A program made the position numbers and the translations under genes. Positions 54,310 to 64,000 of a stretch of DNA of 64,000 nt are shown piece by piece. Origin of the DNA: the human T2T-CHM13v2.0 reference genome, Homo sapiens. Below the pieces are notes generated by a model. The model did no database searches. It was given only the letters and a program-made list of their open reading frames with translations, and had not been told where the DNA came from. Position 1 is the stretch's first letter. Every line of letters starts with the position of its first letter. Location of the stretch: assembly GCF_009914755.1 (NCBI RefSeq), contig NC_060936.1. One strand, 5' to 3'.

Positions 54310-54510
54310 AATTCCCCACATTGGTTAGTTCTGCACATTACTTCATTTGATCATCTGAAAAACCCTGTGAGATGACAAGATATATGTTGTTATTCTCATT
54401 CCACTGATGAAGATATAAAAACTCCGAGATGTTAAGTTGACATGTCCACAATCATACAGCTTGAAAAGGACGGACTACATCTAAAACAGAAGGGCTGGTG
54501 CTTCTTCTGT
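54310..54510 (-). mobile_element. MIR fragment
   Basis: TCATTTGATCATCTGAAAAACCCTGTGAGAT...TTATTCTCATTCC...GAGATGTTAAGTTGACATGTCCACAATCATACAGCT. Confidence 0.55.
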
Positions 54511-55409
54511 ACTGTCAAAGTGAAATGATTTTTACAATAGCGGATGTACCTTCTGTACACATTATTTGGTTAATCTTTGCAAAGACCTTGGCTAAAGCTA
54601 AATCTTACAGAGTGTGAACACAGGAGATATTTCTGATTAGCTGGCTTGGTGAGGTACCATTCAATGTTACAGCTATTAATTGCTGGTTTTCAGTGATGTC
54701 AGTGATGTTAACATGTTTGGTCTTCAAAAATTCAGAATGATCCAGACATTAATCTGTTAATGTGAAAACATCTGCAGTAAATGTTAATTTTTTAGGGGAT
54801 TGAGAAAATTAAGTGTTCTAAATGTAGAGTTGTTAAATAGAGAAATACAAGTGATTTCTCTTATGCCAAATATCAACTAATCAAATAAAGTAACCAAAGT
54901 GAGAGCATTATTTCTGGGGTGATGTTACGATATTTCATCTTACTCCCTTAAAGTCACGCCTCTTACCTGTGTGAGGCTTGACTGAGAGACCGCTTTATAC
55001 TTTATTCCATTGTTTAGAAGCGTAGTAGTGGCTATGCTTTGAACCACAGCTGAGGTGCTGCCACTCAACTTCTTGAGTCCAGGGTTAATTATGCTTATGC
55101 CTGGTTATTTCAGTTGTTAAATTAGACCAACTATAAGGCAATCCTATGAAATGCTCGATACTTTAAACCTTGATAAGGCTGAGAGTTTGAAACAAATGTA
55201 AAGTGGTCTATTTGTTGGGATTTGGGGGGCTAATATGCATATGGCTCCAAACCAGTAAAATGAATGAGACAATTTTGATATTACTGTCAAATTCTACCCA
55301 AGATTGTAGTCTTAACATATAAAAATTTTTTTAACACAAATCATAAGATATGGCTGAATTTTACTTATCTGCTTACCAACTATCCATTATCAGGGTGAGT
55401 ATAGTTAGA

Positions 55410-55885
55410 TAGATTACTAAAGAAATTTCTGCATTCCAGAAATCCTTGATAACTCCAGTGAATTTATTTATTAAAATGGGTTGCCTGTTTGCAAGATCTC
55501 TGTGCAAGTGTATTTACTGTAGCATTTTTATAACAGTGAAAAATTAGAAACAATCCAACTGTTCATCAATAAGGATACTGTAAACAAATTATGGCACATT
55601 TGTGTAATGGAAACCTCAAAAATCATTAAAAAGAATAACATGCAAATATATTCAAGGCATATTGTTAAATTTAAAAAGAAAGCTGAAAATCGGTATCATA
55701 AGATGATCCAATACTAACAATATTCAATGTATTTGTTGAATTAGGCATAGGGGAAAACCTATGAGTAGTTATTTCTGAGGATGACTGACATAAACTTTTC
55801 TTGGTAATTTATATATTTATGCAGTGTTTTAGTTTTTCACAATCATCATATATTTGTTTTATAATTTTTTAAATGCCTATTTAAA
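55410..55885 (+). mobile_element. Ancient L1ME-type 3' fragment
   Basis: TATTTACTGTAGCATTTTTATAACAGTGAAAAATTAGAAACAATCCAACTGTTCATCAATAAG...AAATTATGGCACATT. Confidence 0.6.
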
Positions 55886-55954
55886 AAATAATTCAGGCAA
55901 CTCCAAAGACATGGATATGGAAGCAGAGAACCAGGGAGGAGAGAAGCATATACA

Positions 55955-56135
55955 GAACACTTATTATGTGCCATATGTTACCTTATTTCATCCTCACAAT
56001 AGCCTTTGTAAGGTAATTTTTATACATGAAAAAATTAGACAAAGGAGTACAGTGATCTTCCCAAGTTCACAGATAGTGACAGAAACAGACTCAAATTCAG
56101 GTCCATCAGACTCCAAAAGCTTATTCTCTACTCAA
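55955..56135 (-). mobile_element. MIR fragment
   Basis: TTATTTCATCCTCACAATAGCC...TTCCCAAGTTCACAGATAGTGACAGA...CAAATTCAGGTCCATCAGACTCCAAA. Confidence 0.6.
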
Positions 56136-56261
56136 GTGTTTTAAAATATCCTTTAGAAAACAGTAACATACTAGATACAAACAGGATCATGAGAGCCCAG
56201 AGGAACTAGTATTTACCAGTCTAGAGGAGCAATAGACCAGGTGAGCAGAGTGAGAGAGAAA

Positions 56262-56262
<1 letters not shown>

Positions 56263-56308
<46 letters not shown>
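56263..56308. repeat. (TG)23 microsatellite
   Basis: Counted directly. Confidence 0.95.
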
Positions 56309-56311
<3 letters not shown>

Positions 56312-56470
56312 GGGTTGGAGGACTTTGAGAGACAGTCAAGGGGAGAAAGTAGCCTGTGAAAAGAAGGCATGGATGATTTTTAAAAATATTAAAATAGTAC
56401 TGTTAGGGGAATAAATATAATTTGTTATGGTTTGACACAGGACATGTAGGGTATAGATGATGGATAAATT

Positions 56471-56477
56471 GATAGAT

Positions 56478-56522
<45 letters not shown>

Positions 56523-56535
56523 AGATAGATAGATA
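56471..56535. repeat. GATA tetranucleotide STR, core (GATA)11 at 56478-56521
   Basis: Counted directly. Confidence 0.93.
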
Positions 56536-56559
56536 TGGGCATTGCTAGGAAAGTTTAGA

Positions 56560-57140
56560 AAGATTGAGCAGAAGAACTAGACGAAGATCTTGTGTCAGTC
56601 CAATGAGTTTAAGTTTTTCCTTGAAAATAATAAAGGCATGCTGAAGAATTTTATGCACGACAAAAGTAGAAACAGACTCAAATTTGAGAAAGTTTATCTG
56701 GAGAACAAATTAGAGTTTATCTGAGAGCAGGGGAAACTCAAGCCAGGAAGACCAGTTAGAAGACTACTGCAATAGTCTGAGCTATAAATGGTGATCATCT
56801 GTGGTCATGAGGACGGACAGAGAGGAGAGGTTCAAGAGATAAGTAAGAGATCAAATGAACAGACTTTGCCATTTGATTGGACATGCAGAGTTGGGGAAAA
56901 GGAAACATTTACGCTGACATCCAGATTTCTGCCCTCAGAAACTGGATGACTGCTGGTGGTATTCACTGAGAAAAGAAAGATCAGAGAAATAGAATAGCAG
57001 GTTTAGGGACTGGGTAGGAGGTGAGGGAGTAAGTGTCATTATGTGGGGAGATGGCTGGGGCCATGTGCCAGGAAGCAGCCGGCAGGACATCTGAAATATG
57101 GGTTTGGATGCCTTCTGAGGGCCAAAGACACAACAGAAAC
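56560..57140 (-). mobile_element. L2 fragment
   Basis: GCCAGGAAGACCAGTTAGAAGACTACTGCAATAGTCTGAG...CCAGATTTCTG...AACTGGATG...TATTCACTGAGA. Confidence 0.65.
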
Positions 57141-57786
57141 AGTATGAAGCTGGTGGGCAAACACACCAACGAGAGAACATTGTTAAAAATATATATATAT
57201 ATTTCTAGGTCCTACACTGGAAATGATAATTCAGTGGGAATTATAAGAATCCATAGAATCAACAAACCGGGGTTTATAGTGCATTTGATGCCTAGCCAGA
57301 CTTTTGCCTTAGTAAACTTCCAGAGACACTGTCTAGTGGGCTGGCTCAGTGCAGGCTGCGTTTCAAGGACCACAGCATTTGGCTATGTTCCCCCAGACAC
57401 CCACTTTTCAGTTTAGTAAATCGAACTCAGTCACACATAGAAAACGTCAACTGTTTTGTCAATGACAGATATAAGCACAAATTCTTCAATTTTTAAGAGT
57501 AATAATTCATGCTGTAATAACATTAAAAATCAAGAAAGCTTTTATTTTATATTTTAATTCTAGAATTCAATTGGCAGGGTTTTATATGTTATTTCATTCT
57601 TAGATATTGCTGTTTTTAATTAAAGCAGGACACAAACCTATTTAAGAAACTATCATTTTAAAATTTAAGAACTATAAGTAGCAATTTTTCTGTATCTAAA
57701 GTGCCTGTTTATTGCCATAAGTTTTCTTATTTATTGAACACGCTATAGAAAGTTTATGGGATCCATTGGAAAGTATATCCCCTTAC

Positions 57787-57879
57787 CTCCAATGTTCTGC
57801 ATTGTAATGGAAACAAAAGCTCCAATTTTTCCCGGCCATCCAAATGCCTTTTCTCCTAATTTTTCATAAATCAAAGACC
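57787..57879 (-). CDS. SLC38A4: SNAT4 exon (aa ~134-165)
   Basis: gtag|GG...G|gtaagg; SLIYEKLGEKAFGWPGKIGAFVSITMQNIG; 93 nt. Confidence 0.96.
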
Positions 57880-58348
57880 CTACAATCAAAGATAAAATAG
57901 CCTTGTTAAAGAGATTGTTTTAATGACTAAAATATTTTTGTCATATAATTCCATGCTGGAGTCTCAAACATGTAAATAAACATCATATAGAAATTATAAG
58001 CCCAAAAGATGCAACCTCAAAAACCAATAAGCAATATATCAAAATGTTCTCCAAACAAGAATCAATGGTTTTATTTATTTTAGCTGCATGTAGCAAGTCA
58101 AAACAGTTATTTCTATCATATATCAGAAATTTCTTTTTTCTATTTGTCTTGAACCTGAGCCAGTTGACTTTCACTCCTGCCTCTCACTTGCCCAAACAAC
58201 TATAAACACTGAGAGATCGTGTCACTGGGCTCAGAAGAAAATGAAATGTGAAACTGACTATAATCATCCTAAGGTTATGAAGCAACAGACTGAAATACTC
58301 TTTTATGAGAATTAAAATAGAATGTGTTGGACTCAAGTGGTAGCATAC

Positions 58349-58422
58349 CTCCTTCCTTGGCTGTTTTTAATAAAAGGTGAACTGAATACAGTGATAATAT
58401 TGCCACAGCAAGCAGCATGATT
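58349..58422 (-). CDS. SLC38A4: SNAT4 exon (aa ~109-134)
   Basis: gcag|A...G|gtatgc; IMLLAVAILSLYSVHLLLKTAKEG; 74 nt. Confidence 0.95.
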
Positions 58423-60411
58423 CTGCAAAGGGAAGAGAGAGTAGGTAATAAAGTTTCTACAATAAATAAAATGTAATTATGTTAGATGTTACAATAAAGG
58501 ATCACATTAATCTTTTCAATCATCAGCTTTCCAAAAGTATGTGGATTTGGGGGAGGCTGAGAAATTCTTTTCAGAACTCTACACATACCCTTTAAAGTCG
58601 TAGAAATAGAATTTGCTATATTTTACATACCTGAAGTCCCTAACTTTTTTTTAATGTTACCCAGTGGTAGAATCTGGTTCATAACTTAGATGCTAAATGT
58701 ATAGCAACATTAGCAAATGCTACATCTACTTACTCAGCACATGGGAATATGTACATCATATTTGCATGATATTCACATCAGCACTTAGAATTGAAGGGCT
58801 ATTCAATAGCCTGACTAAACCTTAATCTGAAATCTAGGAATCCAAAGGCGAAAGCATGCAGTCTGAGCTGCATTACTGCTGATCCTGTGCATTAGATTAC
58901 GAAGTACTTTGTAAGATAGAGGGGCAGGCAGTTGCATATATAATAGAGAAAGCAGAGAAAGCTAAGGATGGGGCACGAAAATTCCTTTTTTTTTTTTTTT
59001 TTTTTTTGCATTCAGAGTCATTTCTGGTGTTAGGACCCCCACATGCATGTATGGTTTCTTTATGTTTATACGGATTGGTATTTTTCCAAATCCAAGATTT
59101 GGAGCACAAAAATAAGAATGTTGATAGAAGCATCTACGTAATAAATGGAGGAGCAATGCTGCCTTTTACCTGGAATTCAGAAAAAAAATCTTTATCTTTG
59201 TTTATTTTTAAAAAATACACTTTCCCCACAATTGATCTAATCCCTTGGTAATTCCCAATGAAATCAATACTACAAATGTACATTTGGACCATGAATTATA
59301 AATTTTATAACCCCTGTAGCTATGTTGCACTCTTATTTTCCATAGAGTATGTTTGCCAGAACTGTCTAACCAATGACTTATTCCTATATTTTTCCATATG
59401 CCTTATGAACTTAACTGTTTTTAAGGAATAATGTAATTCAGATTATATAATTTTGTTCCCTGGAAAAATAATGAGCATTCCCTGTATTCTAAACATGTAC
59501 TTTCTCTGGCAGAAAATACTAAGAGTAAAACCTTTAAAATACTGTGTCACTTGCTATAAATTAAGAGAGAAAGCTTAATCCAGTCTGGGCTACTTAGACA
59601 CACAAAACACACCCCATGATGTTTAGTGATTTAATTGTTCTGACCAAATTCATCTGCTAAGTGTTTATAAGCCTAAAATGAGGCCCTCATTTTAAAAAGT
59701 GGAACATTCTTCTCTCATGAAGATGATCTATGACTGTGGGATTGGGGGAAGTTTTTCCTATTTCTATTCATCAGTGATCTGTAACTTCCTAATTCATTTT
59801 AATGGTATGTATAATTAATAAGGAAAGGCAGGTTTTTTTGTCTTAGAGGTAAGCACATTACAAAAGCATACAAATATATGACTACATACATAGCTATTAA
59901 AATTCAGATTATTAAAATCCTAGTTTATTTCAAAACATGGCTTATATAAAAGTAAAGTTGATATAAAAACCCATTCAGCTGAAGAATATTATACATAAAA
60001 GAGTTCAATCAAAGCACTAACACAATACAAATATTTATAGTCCTGATGCTTAGCCCTCAAATAGCTGTGTGATTACTAATCATATGTGATATTCAGAACA
60101 TAAACAGCACATATTTGTGATATAAATGTTGCATTCTTAGACAGTTATTTAACTCTCTAGCGTTGCATTTGGGATTAGGATCTGTGTCCACAGTGGTGCC
60201 TAACATCAGACTTTATTCTTGTGAAGAATTCCACTGCTGCCAACTATATCCTGGAAAATGCCAGGCTGTACATGATGCACATAAACGTCTGTTGTTGTCT
60301 GTCATAGACAGTGCAGTATCCACCCTACAGGTCAACTACCAGATGCTGCTACCCTTAGGCAGCATTTGAACAAGTTTGGTGAAAGTACGTAGGTTTAGGA
60401 ATAAGGTTTGG

Positions 60412-60912
60412 TCACTCAACAAATATTGCCTGTACCAGGCACTGCTCTAGGTTTGGAGGTAGAGACATTGGTGAGTAAAAACAGACATGGGCTCAACTTT
60501 CTAGAGCTTATAGTCCAGCAAGAGGGACAGATATTAACCAAATGAATCAGACAAATGGCACTAAAACATTAAAATTGTGGTGAGTGTTATGATAAGGTGA
60601 TTTGCCCCAGTCATGGAGATCAGGGCGCGCAGTATTCAGGTGAGACTGAACTGACATATGAGGAGTTAACTAGATGAAGAAGGAAGAGAAGAGGGTTCCA
60701 AGACCATGTGCAAAGGTCCAATGGTGAGAGGGAATGTGGCATCTTCATAGGATGGAGAGAAGGCTATTGTGCCCAGTGTATCTGTCGCACAGGGGTACAG
60801 GGAATGGGACATAAGGTAGGCAAGGGCATGCAGGGCTCTTAGGCTTGGTTGCTTCTTTCCTAAGAATGAGATAAAATCAGATTTGCTTCTGGGAAAGATC
60901 TTTTTGGTTGCT
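60412..60912 (-). mobile_element. L2 3' region
   Basis: TCACTCAACAAATATT...CCAGGCACTGCTCTAGG...GAGCTTATAGTCCAG...CATGTGCAAAGGTCC. Confidence 0.7.
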
Positions 60913-61159
60913 AAACACCAAATTATTTCAAGTATTTACTGAATAACAAAATTCTTCTGGCGAGGCTGCTCCAGCACTTTGGTTGATTGAGCACATACAC
61001 TTTCTGCCGTTGGGTTAGGGATGGTTGGGTGACCAAGTGCCATGATTAGCCTCCTCTGAGTCTTCACGTTCACAAAGATCAAACTTGAGATTGTTAATTG
61101 AAAAAGCCACCAGGTATGCATGGACTTCATCACCAAATGTAGACATATACATTCACTTA

Positions 61160-61363
<204 letters not shown>

Positions 61364-61772
61364 TTACAGTCCAAAATTGAAGACTAAGATAACATTACAG
61401 GAGTAAAGCCATTACTCAACATCAATAAAAGCATGTAATTTTCAACGGAATGCAGTGCTTGGTTTCAGCAGAGGCCTCAGTAAAAATACAAATTACAAGG
61501 GGAGTCACATAAAGAAGGGAAAACATGTATGATTGTAGATTACCTTTGGGTTAGAATGATTTCCCCCCAAAACACATAAGTTTCATAAATGATTCATGCA
61601 GCCATATGGCGAACAGGAAAAAACAAGCCCTTATTCCAGTAAGAGCCTGAATAAACACAGAATGTGCTGATCAAGGCTTGGAAAATTTCAGTCACATTGT
61701 TTTCCCACAGAGACCTAGGTAGATCAGACACCCTCAGTCCCGTTTATTGCCTGAAAGCATAGATTCACTTAC

Positions 61773-61863
61773 GTGTTCATCAGCATAATCTGCCAGCTTC
61801 TTTTTCCCCAAAAATCCATTTGTCAGGAATTTCTGACTTTCAGTGTCTTCATTAGCAAATTGA
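61773..61863 (-). CDS. SLC38A4: SNAT4 exon (aa ~40-70)
   Basis: ttcag|T...CAC|gtaagt; QFANEDTESQKFLTNGFLGKKKLADYADEH; 91 nt. Confidence 0.95.
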
Positions 61864-63026
61864 CTGAACACACACACACACAAATAAGAAAGTGAAAACA
61901 TCTAAATATATGCTCTGAATCATATGTATGTTTCAGGTGATCTAAGTAACTGAATCAGAGGAGGGGAAATAAGACACCCCAATTTTCTTTTCCTCCTTCA
62001 CACTAACGGTCATTCCAGACCAACAATTTTGAGTTCCATTTACAACTATACTTTGGGATGGAAGAAGGATGTTATAAAGGAAGGAAATATTATTTTTAGT
62101 TAAAAAATTGTTTATACCACATTCCCTCTTTCTCACATTAGCTATGCAAGAGACTACAACTAATTGTGTTCCCATTTAGAGCCCTTCCAAAGAAAGAGTA
62201 CAGGGTTATGACAGAATTTTCTGAACTACTACCATACCATAATCAGATGATTTTATTAATTCAACGAATATTTATTAAATGCCTAGGCACTGTGATCCTT
62301 ATCTCATCTGATGTTCAAAATATCCCTATAGGGAACTGTGGCTCAGAAAGGTGAAGCAGCAGGCCCATACCCACCCATACCCAGGGGGAGACCCCATTCT
62401 CCCCCTGGCATCAAGCAGTCCCAGGCAGGGCCCTGTAGCTGGTATTTTCTTTCTTTTTTTTTTTTTGGTACAATCATTTATACATACATCTCTTACTGGA
62501 AAGTAATTCAGTGGTAGCTGTGTGTTGTGTTGGTTGTTTCTGTGTGTGCGTATGTGTTTTAATTACTCTCAAAATGTACATGGATTATTAACAGATAATG
62601 AATGAAACTAAGGAAATTATTAAAGCAATTCAATGAACTGGCAAAAGAGTTGGGAGGGAAAGAAAACTTTAAGATGTCACTATCCACAGAGCGTTGTGAT
62701 TCTGGTTTTCTTGGACACAGGCTAGAAGATGTACAACTTGGTTATAGAGCTGTGCTGGTCAGCTCCTGCAGTTACAAGCCAGGGCCTTTGAGGCTACGGA
62801 CCTAGGACCAGCCACATTTCCAAGAGGCTCAATTAATAAGGCCTGCTGCTGCCATTGCATTTTTATACTGCAAAATGTCACAGACTTTTTAGTTGTTTTT
62901 ATATAAAATGCTCGACTATGTATGATTTTAAAAGTGCTTTCAAATTGAGGGTTTGAAAATTTTAGGACATTTCCTACATGAAAAGAAAGATAAAGAAAGA
63001 TAAAATAATTGAAGATTGTTCTATTA

Positions 63027-63369
<343 letters not shown>

Positions 63370-64000
63370 TTATTGTAGGAGATCTGTACAAGCTATTTTT
63401 TATAACAGAAGCTAATCCTGAAAATAATCTGGAGAGGAAAGAGGATGACAGGGTTACTTTTTGAGAATAGAAAACAGTATGAGATGTAGATAGAAACAGC
63501 ACACGAAACCACAAAGTTGTATGTGCTTTTCTAGAACTCAAGGCATAAATAGCTCTGAGTACACAAGTTAAGAACATTTCCTAGCCTTCTCCCCATATTT
63601 CTCACAGAAAGCACAATGCCCTCAGTTGTTGCCTCTTTCCATTTCCATTCACCCCCCACCCACTGCCCACCACTCTTTTGTGGTTTACATTAATGGTCTG
63701 TAATTAATGTACCTGCTATGTGAAGACTGGTACATAATGTTCACAGTTGGAGACTGAGATGACAGGATAAAATGAAGCCTAAAATGGGCCTGAGGACTAT
63801 AAAAACAAAAGTGCCACCTAGAATTTAAACTCTGGAATCTTTATTTTAATCAATAAACTAAAATCTGTATTCCATAGTAGTTTTTAAAATTGAGAATTTG
63901 AAAGTAAACAGATTTTCTTTCTTTGAGGCATTTGCATGTTCTTATTTTGGCATGAGATGAGTTGTAGTCATTTAACATGCCAAGATTGTATAAAATAGAT

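Overview
Primate, very probably human, genomic DNA. The right ~26 kb holds the 3' part of SLC38A4 (SNAT4, sodium-coupled neutral amino acid transporter) on the minus strand. I read 14 GT-AG coding exons (1525 nt, phase-consistent, about aa 40-547 plus stop) and a ~1.9-kb 3' UTR; the first coding exon lies outside the window to the right. The left ~37 kb downstream of the gene is mostly transposon-derived. It contains a near-full-length HERV-L provirus with two MLT2A LTRs, PBS and TSD, a ~16-kb nest of L1s and Alus, a full-length THE1 inside an MLT1A LTR, a young L1PA2-like 3' fragment, several Alus, DNA-transposon fossils and microsatellites. I found no credible novel gene or unknown biological system. 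The best second-look items are a probable ancient L1 3' transduction, an L1-in-Alu-in-HERV-L triple nest, a (GGAA)17 array bracketed by a duplicated 28-bp cassette, a CFTR-like (TG)7 splice acceptor in SLC38A4, and a perfect hairpin inside an Alu. Repeat subfamily names and protein numbering come from recalled consensus or reference sequences, not from a search.
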